From positions 1 to 64,000 of IMG/VR virus record IMGVR_UViG_2919450847_000005: a DNA stretch of 64,000 nucleotides. The stretch is one strand, 5' to 3'. This document shows positions 17,834 to 26,796 of the stretch, piece after piece (within the stretch, counting starts at the first letter, position 1; every line of letters begins with the position of its first letter). The DNA comes from a virus. Lineage: Duplodnaviria > Caudoviricetes. Under the pieces are notes generated by a model. The model ran no database searches, had not been told where the DNA came from, and saw nothing but the letters and a program-made list of their open reading frames with translations. A program made the translations under genes and the position numbers.

Positions 17834-17885
17834 GGGGGATTCCTCTTATGGCCCGGCTCGGCCTCTGCCGCGGCCAGGTGAAACC

Positions 17886-17907
17886 AAAAAAGCCGCCATG
17901 CGGCGGC
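17886..17907 (-). terminator. Rho-independent terminator between tail fibre and sheath genes
   Basis: GCCGCC-atgc-GGCGGC stem with an A-run read as a U-tract on the minus strand. Confidence 0.55.
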
Positions 17908-18042
17908 CGGGGTTGGATTTTTGGAACTGAGTTCTGATAGGGCTTATGAGGCCACACGATCTGCAGGCGCTTCCAGCCGTCACAGAACCCGAAGATAGCC
18001 AGAACGAGCCTTTTCCCGTCACTGCGGAGATGTTGAAGTCAC

Positions 18043-18588
18043 ATGTTCACTTTTCCATTTGAGCAGCCCGAAGTTTATGTGGGCAAGAATTGCCACATAA
18101 ACCCGCCGACTGTTTATTATTGGGGGGCTGGGAACAAGGTTTCCATTGGGAATTATTGTTCTATCGCCTCGGGAACAACGTTCATTCTTGGTGGAGAGCA
18201 CCCAAAAGCGTCTTTATCGACGAATACTATTTTGCATCAGATTGAAAAGACCCCGCGGTGCAAGGGTGACATCACCATAGGTCATGATGTATGGCTCGGG
18301 ACCAATGCAATTCTGCTGTCCGGCGTTGATATTGGAACCGGCGCTATAGTGGGAGCCGGAACAGTCGTTTCGAAAAACATCGAGCCGTATTCGGTCGTTG
18401 TTGGGAACCCAATGCGGATTATCCGCTATCGATTCTCGCCGCCAACTATTTCGCGCTTGCTGCATTCATCGTGGTGGGACATGGATCCCGACGCACTGAA
18501 CGAAGTGCTCCGCAGGAGTTCATCTGTCGATGAATTTCTTGATCTTTTCGAGCGTGAACATAATCTTCGCGGAGGTCAGACGTACTGA
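18043..18588 (+). CDS. Hexapeptide-repeat O-acetyltransferase (XAT / CatB-Vat-like fold)
   Basis: IGNYCSIA, GGEH, KGDITIGHDVWLG, GAIVGAGTVVSK, PYSVVVGNP.R.IRYRF, WWD motifs; antisense, low GC. Confidence 0.88.
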   Translation: MFTFPFEQPEVYVGKNCHINPPTVYYWGAGNKVSIGNYCSIASGTTFILGGEHPKASLSTNTILHQIEKTPRCKGDITIGHDVWLGTNAILLSGVDIGTGAIVGAGTVVSKNIEPYSVVVGNPMRIIRYRFSPPTISRLLHSSWWDMDPDALNEVLRRSSSVDEFLDLFEREHNLRGGQTY

Positions 18589-20066
18589 CCTCCGCTCTGA
18601 GAGCTACCCGCACCGTTGCCGGGCAGGTAGTTCGGGTCACCGCTCGAAGTATCGATGAGGGCATTCGTCGATACGAAGTACCTGATGCCAGTGGCGGCGC
18701 CCGAAAACGTGAAGTTGTTGATGAACATCCGGGAAATGCCAGTTGCCGAGGCGAAGTAGTCAGAGAAGGCCGGAGTTCCAGTGATGGTCACTGTCTTGGT
18801 CGAGCTGTCATGTTCGATCATGCCGCCATGTGCCAGAGATATATGGCGGCCAGCAGCGCCCGTGATGCGGTAGTTTCCGTCCACATAGACGGTGCCGTTC
18901 ACACAGTTGATGTGTCGGTCGATGGAGGTCGAAAAATCGATATTCTCCATGTAGATCGTGCCGCCACCGTTCGCAACGATGCAGGCATTGTCCACGCCAG
19001 TGCCGGGATCGACCGCGGTCTTACCGACCTTGAAGCCGTTCACCTTATAGAAGGCGCCGTTCGCGGCCATGAACGACGCATAGGCGCCGGGAGCAACGAC
19101 GCAGTTGGCGGGTGTGCTCGGGTTTCCCCTGATGATCACAGACCGGGCCATCGAGGCCCCTACGAACGGGCCATAGACGTGCGGGCCGCTCGTATAGGTG
19201 CCGTCCGCGACCTGAACCGTTGCGGTGAAGCCGTTCAGATCATAGCGAGAATGGAGCCTTGAAACCATTTCGGTGATGGTCGCAACGGCACTGCCAGGTG
19301 AAAGTCCGTCGTTGGCGTCATTTCCGGTCGACGCATTGACATAGAAGGTGGTGTCGGCGGTCAGGAGTGTTCGCCACGCCAGCAGCACATACGAGCCGTT
19401 GATGCGCATATAGATGCGCCCATCCGGCAAGCCGATGCCATGACCATCTCGGGGGGGCATGATTGCCCATCCGGCTGTCGTATACTGGGCAATCTTGCCG
19501 GCCTGCCCCGACCAGGCCCCGGTTGCGCCGGTCGGGATCAGGTAGGTTGAGCCGATTGGGGGAGAGCTCGGCGGGGAGGCAGTCGTCGTCGACACCACAG
19601 GAATCCAGGGCAAGGTCGTGAGCCGCTGGAGCGCGATCATCATTGAGGGGTCCACTACGATGGTCACATTCGCGAGGTCGCTGAACGCCACCTCGAGCCG
19701 GACCGTGCCTTCAACCGTCTGGCCTGAGGAGGGGATCGGCTTGTTGATAGGAGGATCGTAGTGCGCGATGGCGATTAGGTTGCCAGCGTCGTCGATCAGG
19801 CCTGCTTCCCTGATCGTGTAAGGCCCCTCGGCAGCCTCAAGAAACGCATCGAAGAAGGCCACATTCGAGGTGCCCACCACCGTGCCGCTGGCTGAAATCG
19901 TCTTGCGCGCCACCTCATGATAGAGCGCGGTCTCGCCGCCGGAGGGGACCGTTGCACCGTCGCCAATGGCGATATGCGTGATGTTCACCGTTGTGCCGGC
20001 GGCCAGGGCTGCGGCTTCTCTCGACCTGCCCATGTTGGTCAGGATCGCAAACGAGGTCTGGGGCAT
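18576..20066 (-). CDS. Tail fibre (P2 gpH-like N-terminus, DUF2793-like segment, beta-helix-like C-terminus)
   Basis: ILT..G...EA.A...G..V.ITHIAIGDG; GP.TIREAGL; PP.SP..G..Y....GATGAWSGQ. Confidence 0.85.
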   Translation of the reverse strand: MPQTSFAILTNMGRSREAAALAAGTTVNITHIAIGDGATVPSGGETALYHEVARKTISASGTVVGTSNVAFFDAFLEAAEGPYTIREAGLIDDAGNLIAIAHYDPPINKPIPSSGQTVEGTVRLEVAFSDLANVTIVVDPSMMIALQRLTTLPWIPVVSTTTASPPSSPPIGSTYLIPTGATGAWSGQAGKIAQYTTAGWAIMPPRDGHGIGLPDGRIYMRINGSYVLLAWRTLLTADTTFYVNASTGNDANDGLSPGSAVATITEMVSRLHSRYDLNGFTATVQVADGTYTSGPHVYGPFVGASMARSVIIRGNPSTPANCVVAPGAYASFMAANGAFYKVNGFKVGKTAVDPGTGVDNACIVANGGGTIYMENIDFSTSIDRHINCVNGTVYVDGNYRITGAAGRHISLAHGGMIEHDSSTKTVTITGTPAFSDYFASATGISRMFINNFTFSGAATGIRYFVSTNALIDTSSGDPNYLPGNGAGSSQSGGQYV

Positions 20067-20078
20067 ATTGAGCCTCTA

Positions 20079-20741
20079 TCAGGGGGCGCGCGGGTGGGCC
20101 GTGGCAGACGTGAATGTGGCCGCCGTTGCCGCCATGCTTGTCGTGGCGCGCAGAACGGTGGCATCGAAGACGAACGGGTGTGCCACGGCGAGGAGTTGCG
20201 TGCGGGCATAGCCGCCGACGTAGAGCGGCCCGCGCGCGCCGAGGACCGCCCGCGTGGTGAACACCCGAGTTTTCGGTTTGGCCGACCGCACCGCGGTAAT
20301 AGCCTGGCCCTGCAAAATGGGATCAAAGATCGGACTGCCGTCGTGGTAGTTGATCTCGACACGGAAGGTTCCGCGTCGCGCATCGTCTTCCCACCACTCG
20401 ACCACGTTGGTATCGAGAGAAAACGCCGCCAAAGACCGCTTGACGGCGCCTAGGGTGCCTTTCAGCCGATGTACGATGGGGGAGGCGGCGATCACCGCCC
20501 GCTTCTGAGATTCCGACCAGCCGTCGGACCAAACGTCCACGGACACGGCTTGAGCAAGCCACGGCAGCAGCACCACCGGACACGTCGCCGGGTTCCAGAT
20601 GGTCGCGATCACCCTCGGGTCGACCGTGGCCAGCCGTGCGAGTTCTGCAGTCAGGATCGCCTTCTCGAGCGGCGTTGCGTTTGCCGGCAGCATGGCATCG
20701 GCGATAGGTGCGACTGCGGCAATCTCAGTCTCAATCGTCAT
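20079..20741 (-). CDS. Tail protein I (P2 gpI-like)
   Basis: LP.NAT.LE, WNPATCP..LLPWLA...SVD.W, HRLKGT motifs. Confidence 0.9.
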   Translation of the reverse strand: MTIETEIAAVAPIADAMLPANATPLEKAILTAELARLATVDPRVIATIWNPATCPVVLLPWLAQAVSVDVWSDGWSESQKRAVIAASPIVHRLKGTLGAVKRSLAAFSLDTNVVEWWEDDARRGTFRVEINYHDGSPIFDPILQGQAITAVRSAKPKTRVFTTRAVLGARGPLYVGGYARTQLLAVAHPFVFDATVLRATTSMAATAATFTSATAHPRAP

Positions 20742-21786
20742 CCCAGGTGCCCTGCGTCTGGACGGCGGTCACCGTGACCGTTCCGACCTGTGCCGCACCC
20801 TTCGGGCCAGGCTCGATGTCGGTCGCCGGCTCAGTGATCACCACCGTCACGGTGTCGTCGATGGCGGCGCGTCCGCCGATCACCTCGCGCTGCACGGAAA
20901 GGCCGATGCGCCGGCGGGCCGCTGCATAGGTCTCGAGACGAGTCTTTGCCTCCGCCGCGATCGTCGCGGTGTCGGCACCCGGCGCGTAGTAGAGGATGAC
21001 CGCGATGTCGTAGTCGGTGACGGTCGCCGCCTCGATGCGAACATTGTCGCCAAGCGGCCTGACATCTTCCGGCGTCACCGCCGCGAATACACGGTCCAGC
21101 AGCGGCTGGTCAGCATCGCCATAGGAGAGGGTTGGCAGCACCACCACCAGCGCCTCTGGCGCCAGCACCGGGTCACCCTCGTCGCGGCCGGCGAACGGGG
21201 TGGAACGCTTGCCGGCGGTATGTGCGTCGGCGTGCAGCGTATCGCTGTAGGTGGCCTCGTCCTCCTCGGAGTACACCACCGCGTCGGCGACGTCGCGCAC
21301 ACCATCGAGTTCCAGGGCGTGGAAGACATAGGCGCCTTCCGGCCCGGCCGTGCTGAACGCCTCATAGGCCAGCTTGATGCGCTCGCGGAAGACGGAGTCG
21401 AGCTCCACCCATTTGCCGAGCGTCGCATCCCACTGCGAATTGGGCGGCTGGTCGTCAGGGGCGTTGTCGTAGACAAGCCTCCCGATGCCGGCATTGGTGG
21501 CGCCGATATGATCGAGGTCACCGGTGAGCGCTGTGGCGAGCGACAGTGCCCGGATCGACTCGTTGACGCGCTGGCGGAACAGCGCTTCCTGGTAGCCACC
21601 GCCTTCGCTGTAGGCGATCACCAGAGGGTCGGTTTCAAGGCCGGTCACATCGTAGACGATGCCGCGCTGTGCCAGCGCCTCGACGAGATAGGCGTCGCGG
21701 CTCGACTTTATGTCCTCGAAATTGACCGGGACGACGGCGGGAACATCGCCAAGCTGCGACAAGTCCGGTGCGATGAAACGGCTCAT
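20731..21786 (-). CDS. Baseplate J-like protein
   Basis: DLSQL, A.A...DLDHIG, FSTAGPEGAY.FHAL, VRPL.D.V motifs. Confidence 0.9.
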   Translation of the reverse strand: MSRFIAPDLSQLGDVPAVVPVNFEDIKSSRDAYLVEALAQRGIVYDVTGLETDPLVIAYSEGGGYQEALFRQRVNESIRALSLATALTGDLDHIGATNAGIGRLVYDNAPDDQPPNSQWDATLGKWVELDSVFRERIKLAYEAFSTAGPEGAYVFHALELDGVRDVADAVVYSEEDEATYSDTLHADAHTAGKRSTPFAGRDEGDPVLAPEALVVVLPTLSYGDADQPLLDRVFAAVTPEDVRPLGDNVRIEAATVTDYDIAVILYYAPGADTATIAAEAKTRLETYAAARRRIGLSVQREVIGGRAAIDDTVTVVITEPATDIEPGPKGAAQVGTVTVTAVQTQGTWDDD

Positions 21787-22208
21787 GTGACGGCCTCGAC
21801 GGTGACGCCCAGCAGCTGCGGCGTGATGGTGTAGGCGATCTCTTGCAGGGACGGGTTGCTGTAATCCCCCAGGTGCCCCCGCTCGAAGAACACTCCGCTT
21901 ATCAGCAGGATGACGTGCCCCGGGGTGCTCGCATCAATGCTGGTGCGCATCAGGACGAAGCCCGGCTCCCCGTATTGGCGGCCCTCCACCAGGCGGGGTT
22001 GAAGCGCCTCGGCCACCGCGACGTAGAAGCTGATGATGGTTTCTTCGTTTTGCGGCTTGTCGATGAGGCCAGGCACGTTCGAACCGAACTTGCGGCGCTG
22101 CACGCGCTCACCGATCTCCGTGGTGAGGATCTTGCCAATGCTCTGAACGCAATGCGACCAGCCGGAGAGGATCTGGCCTGTCTTGGCGTCCAGGCCGACC
22201 CTCGCCAT
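21783..22208 (-). CDS. Baseplate wedge protein (gpW / gp25-like)
   Basis: G.D..TG..L.GW.H..QSI..ILTT..GERV.RR.FGS. Confidence 0.88.
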   Translation of the reverse strand: MARVGLDAKTGQILSGWSHCVQSIGKILTTEIGERVQRRKFGSNVPGLIDKPQNEETIISFYVAVAEALQPRLVEGRQYGEPGFVLMRTSIDASTPGHVILLISGVFFERGHLGDYSNPSLQEIAYTITPQLLGVTVEAVT

Positions 22209-22417
22209 CAGCGCGTCTTCCGCTCAAGCATCGCCGGGTCGGGCTCAGGCTTGGGCGGGCTTTCGACCGCCCCGACCACCGGGGGGTCTTGTCCCAGCAG
22301 GCCGGCCAATTCCGGGTATTTCGCCTCGCGCTCGGTCAGAGGGCCGACCGGGTCGCCCTTCTTGCGCATCGCGCCGGCAATGAAGCCGTCGACCTGGGCA
22401 TAGTAGTATTTCCGCAT
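22208..22417 (-). CDS. Small hypothetical protein
   Basis: 69-aa ORF with GGAGAC RBS, coupled to gpW. Confidence 0.6.
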   Translation of the reverse strand: MRKYYYAQVDGFIAGAMRKKGDPVGPLTEREAKYPELAGLLGQDPPVVGAVESPPKPEPDPAMLERKTR

Positions 22418-22429
22418 CGTCGTCTCCTT

Positions 22430-22999
22430 TCAGGGGCTCGTCTGGGGCGGACCAGAGATGTCGTCGCCGCCCTGCACCTCGATGTGGCGATGGGTGTCGC
22501 CGATGTTCCGGCCGTTGTGGGTCATGGCGCCGCCAGACGCCGCCAGCCCGGCATTGCTGATCTCGAGCATCCCCTCGGTGAACCGATAGGTCGCGCCGCC
22601 AACGCCGATTTCGAGGCTGCTGCCGTTGTGCTTGATGGTGACGTTGCCGACCTTGGTGGTCTTCTGGCCGGCAGTATTGTCCGGCTGCGGCACGTCGTTC
22701 GTGTAGCCGCCGGGGATGATGAAGGCGCGCCCCATGTCCCCGTTCGGGCTCATCAGCACCACCCGTTGGCCGGCGCTCAGAGGTATCCACTCGACGATGT
22801 CGCCGGCCTGCGCCTGCCAAGCGGACTGCTTGCTCTTCACGCCCTGGGCATCGACGATCGCAACGCCGGACTCGAGATCGACGGAGATCACCTTGCCGTC
22901 GCGGATCATGTTGTTCTGGCGGACTTGCAGCCGAGCCACCTGCTTGCTCAGCGCCTGAACCTGCGTGATTAGCCGAGCGAGGGCGACCTCATAGTTCAT
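22430..22999 (-). CDS. Baseplate spike (P2 gpV-like)
   Basis: W.P.S.GQRVV..SP.GD and C-terminal THRH iron-binding motif. Confidence 0.88.
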   Translation of the reverse strand: MNYEVALARLITQVQALSKQVARLQVRQNNMIRDGKVISVDLESGVAIVDAQGVKSKQSAWQAQAGDIVEWIPLSAGQRVVLMSPNGDMGRAFIIPGGYTNDVPQPDNTAGQKTTKVGNVTIKHNGSSLEIGVGGATYRFTEGMLEISNAGLAASGGAMTHNGRNIGDTHRHIEVQGGDDISGPPQTSP

Positions 23000-23760
23000 G
23001 GCTCACCTCCCGATAGGAGCGTGAAGTCGATCGCCGGCGGCAGCACGATGGTTGGATTCGCCGGCATGCCGAGCGCATCCATGACCTGGCGCGAATAGCC
23101 GAAGTTTCGCATCTCCCGCTCGTAGGCGGTGGCGCCAGCGCCCCGGGTGAGGCCCTGACGGATCATCGCCACTCGCGGCCCGTAGTCGGCGTGCTTTTCG
23201 AGCTCGGCGAGGAAGGCCTCGACGGGCTTCATGAGCGTGCCCATGAGCGGCTCACGAGACGCTTTCATCTCGGTGGTGATCTGTCGCGCCGCCAGCCGTT
23301 GGCCGCCCTCCACCGACGCGCCGCGCCGGCTGATCGTGGTGTTGAGGTTCGGGCAGATCGCGTTAAAGGCATCGCTCGCCAGTGAGCCGGCATTCAGCGC
23401 CCAGAGGATCTGGGATTCGAGATCGTCGAGATCCTGCTCAATCTCACTGTCAGTCAGCGGGCAGCCGGCGCGATAGGTGTTCGGCTTCTTCTTGTCTTGC
23501 TCCATCTGGACGACAAGCAGTTCCATCGTCACGGATAGCAGGCGGTCCTTGTGCGACATGGACCCCTTGGTCCAGTGGTCCTTGTCGTAGTCGGTGTAGA
23601 CGACAACGCAGGGGAAGGCCCGGTCGGCTGCCATGTCTTCGATCGGTTCGATCTTGGAATCGAAGATGTTCCTGCCGGCCAGCGTCGGCCAAGGCTCCTT
23701 GAGGTAGTTGTTGAGCGCATGGACGACCGCCAGCCGTGCGACCGTGCGGAGCATGCTCAT
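22996..23760 (-). CDS. Putative tail completion / terminator protein
   Basis: ATGA-coupled ORF between head-tail joining and gpV genes. Confidence 0.55.
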   Translation of the reverse strand: MSMLRTVARLAVVHALNNYLKEPWPTLAGRNIFDSKIEPIEDMAADRAFPCVVVYTDYDKDHWTKGSMSHKDRLLSVTMELLVVQMEQDKKKPNTYRAGCPLTDSEIEQDLDDLESQILWALNAGSLASDAFNAICPNLNTTISRRGASVEGGQRLAARQITTEMKASREPLMGTLMKPVEAFLAELEKHADYGPRVAMIRQGLTRGAGATAYEREMRNFGYSRQVMDALGMPANPTIVLPPAIDFTLLSGGEP

Positions 23761-24182
23761 ACCTGGCCTCCGATCATTGCCATCTCCAGCACCAAGCGGG
23801 AGAGGCCATCGCGCTGCACCGACACCACCTCGAACTTGGGCAGCTCGCAGTTCTTGGTGAACGTGACGATGTCGCCCTGCCGCGGCTCGCGCTGAGTGGC
23901 GTTGTCGAAATAGCGGCGGTCGATCGAGAGTTGCGGATCTCGGCCAACTTGGAGCGCGCGGAGATCGTTCGCCTCCCGGTAGGATCGACGCACACCAAGC
24001 TGCACACCGTATTCGACCGAGACGAAATCGAAGATGCCGTACCCTGTGATGGTGATCCGGGTCGGGTCAGGCTGCGGCCGGCCGTTCGGCGTCGATTGCG
24101 TTGGATCGATCCTGAAGGCGATCGCATTGACCCGATCGACCGCCCGGCTCGTGCTTCTATCCAGGCGGTCGAAAATGCTCAT
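23757..24182 (-). CDS. Head-tail joining protein (lambda FII-like position)
   Basis: MSIFDRLD start; P.QGD.V....F.V..V..DG pattern. Confidence 0.65.
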   Translation of the reverse strand: MSIFDRLDRSTSRAVDRVNAIAFRIDPTQSTPNGRPQPDPTRITITGYGIFDFVSVEYGVQLGVRRSYREANDLRALQVGRDPQLSIDRRYFDNATQREPRQGDIVTFTKNCELPKFEVVSVQRDGLSRLVLEMAMIGGQV

Positions 24183-24184
24183 GG

Positions 24185-24514
24185 TCAGAAGTCGCTGTTC
24201 AGGCGCACCCGGCCGGTGGCCGACGGGTTCGCCGCCGCAGCGGTTGCGACGCCGACCTTGGTGTTGCTGGTGGCCGTGGTCGTCATGACGCCGGCGGCCG
24301 TCGCATAGATCGTGGCGCCGACGGTCCACGCCTCGGCCGAGGTCTTGTCGAGGTCGTACACGCCACCGGTCTCGAGGTCGAACAACTCGCCCTCGTTCGC
24401 AGAGTAGACGGCCACGCCGAAGATGCCGCCGATCTTGTAGAATTTGCCGCCGATGACGCCGCCGGTCGGGGCCGGCAGGGTGAGCGTCTTCCCGGGCTGC
24501 ACGTAGTTCTTCAT
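24185..24514 (-). CDS. DUF2190-family capsid cement/decoration protein
   Basis: MKNYVQPG..LTL.AP.GGV..G...G..FGVA...G.....G.V...GV.L pattern. Confidence 0.88.
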   Translation of the reverse strand: MKNYVQPGKTLTLPAPTGGVIGGKFYKIGGIFGVAVYSANEGELFDLETGGVYDLDKTSAEAWTVGATIYATAAGVMTTTATSNTKVGVATAAAANPSATGRVRLNSDF

Positions 24515-24542
24515 GGGATATCTCCCTTGCTGGAAATGGAAA

Positions 24543-24562
24543 CGCCGGCCCGAAGGCCGGCG
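24543..24562 (-). terminator. Hairpin/terminator after the capsid gene
   Basis: CGCCGGCC-TTCG-GGCCGGCG on the minus strand (UUCG loop) followed by a short U-run. Confidence 0.55.
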
Positions 24563-24591
24563 CGCGCATCAGCTCTGTTCGGGGTCCCCGA

Positions 24592-26796
24592 TCAGAGGCC
24601 CGGGTTCTTGTAGGCGAAGCGGTAGTCGGTCAGGCCCGCGCCAAAGTAGTGGTCGAGGCGATACTCGACGCCGTCATAGTCGAAGCCATGACGCTCCATC
24701 GTGCGCGGCGTCTCGTAGCCCGCGAGGTAGGCGTACTGCAGGCCGCGACCGAGCGTGGCGGCCGGCGACGCGAACAGGAACCAGGCCTTGGCGGACAGGC
24801 CATCGATACGGCTCTCGTAGACCGGCTGCATCGACTTGATCGCCTGGGGCACGATCTGGTCGGTGGTGGTCGGCGAGGTGATACCCTGGATGAGGGTCTG
24901 GGCGTCCACCTCGAGATCGGTGCCGGTGAACACGTAGGTCGGGGCGAGCGAGATCTGCTGGCCGTCGATGTCCTTCATGAGACGGAACGCCTTGCGGGCC
25001 GCGATCAGGTTGGCCTTGTCCAGCGCGGTGCCGGCCGCGGCGAGGTTGCCGTGGTTGGCATGGAAGAGGGCCGTGTTGTCGCTCTTCAGCTTCTTGTTGC
25101 TGATGATGACGCCCCAAGTGATATTGCCCTCAAGGCGGGCCACCACGCGGCCCCAGTTCGCGATGAGGTTGGAGAAGGCTCCGAGCTGATCGTTGATGAT
25201 GATCTTCTCGGTCAGGCCGATCACCTTGCCGTAGTGGCTGATGGTGAAGCCTTCCTCGCTCTCGCGGACGGTCCCGCGCTTGTACTCGCCCTTCTCGGTG
25301 ATCTCCTCGAGCTCGGGGCCGTTGCCCATCTCGAGCACTTTCACCTCGCGCAGATCCGGGAGCACGTTCCGGCTTCCGATCAGCTGGAAGGTGTTCTGCT
25401 CCTGCTCGAGGGTATAGGCATTCATCATCGTCTGGCGGGTAATGTCGCCGAGGATGATCGGGAAGTCGGTAGACGCATTCAGCGAGCGCCGGACGATGTC
25501 GATGGCCGCCCCACGCGGGCTCTCGCCGCGCGCCGCCAGACACTCGCGGGCGAGGTCGACGAGCGTCATGTTGCGGTACTCGTTCGCACCGGCCTCCAGC
25601 GTCGGTGCCAGGCCATGGCGATGCATGATGCCGTTGGCCGCGAGCCGGCGCATGGTATCCTGCGCATCGCGCCCGCCGCGCGTCGAGACGTGCGGGAAGG
25701 TGGGCGTCTGCGCCTGACGTGCGATCATCACGTCGAACGCCGTGTTGCGGAACGCCTCGATCGTGGTGCCGGTATCGATGGCCGTGCGCACCTGCTGGTC
25801 GTCGAGGGCGATACCGGCAGAGCGCGCCAGTTCCTCGATCTCGCGCACGCGCCGACGCTCATTGGCGACCGCCGTGCGGGACTGCTCCTCAACCTGCGCC
25901 TGCGTGACCGCAGGCTGCAGAGGGGCGAGGCCGCCAATACCAGTGGCGCTGGCGGCGCGGAGCGCGGCCTCCTCCTGCTCCCGGCGGGTGGCCTCTTCGG
26001 CAGAGCGCCGCTGCGCCTCCTCGGTGGCGCGGGCCGCGGCGTCTTCGGCGTCGTAGGCCGCCAGCAGGCGCACGCTCAGCGCCTCGTCGGTCTCGTTCGC
26101 GTTGCGGGTGATCCCGGCGCCGAGGGCCAGGGCGTCCAGCTTCTCGCCCTTGTAGGACTTGGCGGCGTCGCGCTTGTTCATGATGGAGTCCTTCTTCGTA
26201 GCGGCGGGCGCCGCGCCAATGGGGGTGTCCTGGCGAACCAGGACGGTGTCGTAGTCGTCGCCGCTGGGCTGCGATCGTGAGTAGGCGCCGGCATCCGCGG
26301 GCACCGGGACCGCTGACAGCTCCATGGGCTCCCAGTCGGTCGCACGAAGGATCGGCAGCTGGCCGTCGGACCCTTCGGTTTTCTCGTAGCGGTGGATTTT
26401 GTAGCCGACCGAGATGGAGACCGGATGCCCGTCCCGGAGATCTTGCAGGATCTCCTCCGCCTTTTGCTTCCGCGAGAACTTGATCGTCGCGTAGCCCTTG
26501 CCGCCGTCGATGCGGATACTGCCGGGCACCACCGTGCCAAGGCGCGAATCCATCGACCAGCTTTCGTGCGTGTCGAGCAGTGCCATGGCGCCAAAGCGGT
26601 CCATCCGGATCGCCTTATTGTCCACGGCAAGCTCTTCCATGTAGTACCCCTCATCCCAGGAGTACCTCTTCACCCTCGCGCCAGTGGTCCAGCAGACCTC
26701 GACGGTACGATCATCGACGTTCAGAGTGTCAGAGCGCACCTCGACGGCACCGAAGCCCTTCGGGATGCGAATTTCCTTCTCATTGGGTGCCGGCAT
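24592..26796 (-). CDS. Prohead protease - major capsid protein fusion
   Basis: N-terminal HK97-type protease (LLDTH, SVGY, W.P.ELSAVPVPADAG); linker; capsid domain (STDFP.IL, E..E.GEYK.G, GF..DG.E...R...G). Confidence 0.88.
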   Translation of the reverse strand: MPAPNEKEIRIPKGFGAVEVRSDTLNVDDRTVEVCWTTGARVKRYSWDEGYYMEELAVDNKAIRMDRFGAMALLDTHESWSMDSRLGTVVPGSIRIDGGKGYATIKFSRKQKAEEILQDLRDGHPVSISVGYKIHRYEKTEGSDGQLPILRATDWEPMELSAVPVPADAGAYSRSQPSGDDYDTVLVRQDTPIGAAPAATKKDSIMNKRDAAKSYKGEKLDALALGAGITRNANETDEALSVRLLAAYDAEDAAARATEEAQRRSAEEATRREQEEAALRAASATGIGGLAPLQPAVTQAQVEEQSRTAVANERRRVREIEELARSAGIALDDQQVRTAIDTGTTIEAFRNTAFDVMIARQAQTPTFPHVSTRGGRDAQDTMRRLAANGIMHRHGLAPTLEAGANEYRNMTLVDLARECLAARGESPRGAAIDIVRRSLNASTDFPIILGDITRQTMMNAYTLEQEQNTFQLIGSRNVLPDLREVKVLEMGNGPELEEITEKGEYKRGTVRESEEGFTISHYGKVIGLTEKIIINDQLGAFSNLIANWGRVVARLEGNITWGVIISNKKLKSDNTALFHANHGNLAAAGTALDKANLIAARKAFRLMKDIDGQQISLAPTYVFTGTDLEVDAQTLIQGITSPTTTDQIVPQAIKSMQPVYESRIDGLSAKAWFLFASPAATLGRGLQYAYLAGYETPRTMERHGFDYDGVEYRLDHYFGAGLTDYRFAYKNPGL

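Noticed and set aside
13495-17881. Long plus-strand ORFs (13495..15687, 16109..17881) and similar ones opposite the capsid and portal genes
   Set aside because: They are antisense shadows of strongly biased GC-rich genes, with no family motifs or RBS.
18043-18588. Naming the gene catB or vat (antibiotic resistance)
   Set aside because: The fold is clear but the substrate cannot be read from these motifs; context fits glycan acetylation equally well.
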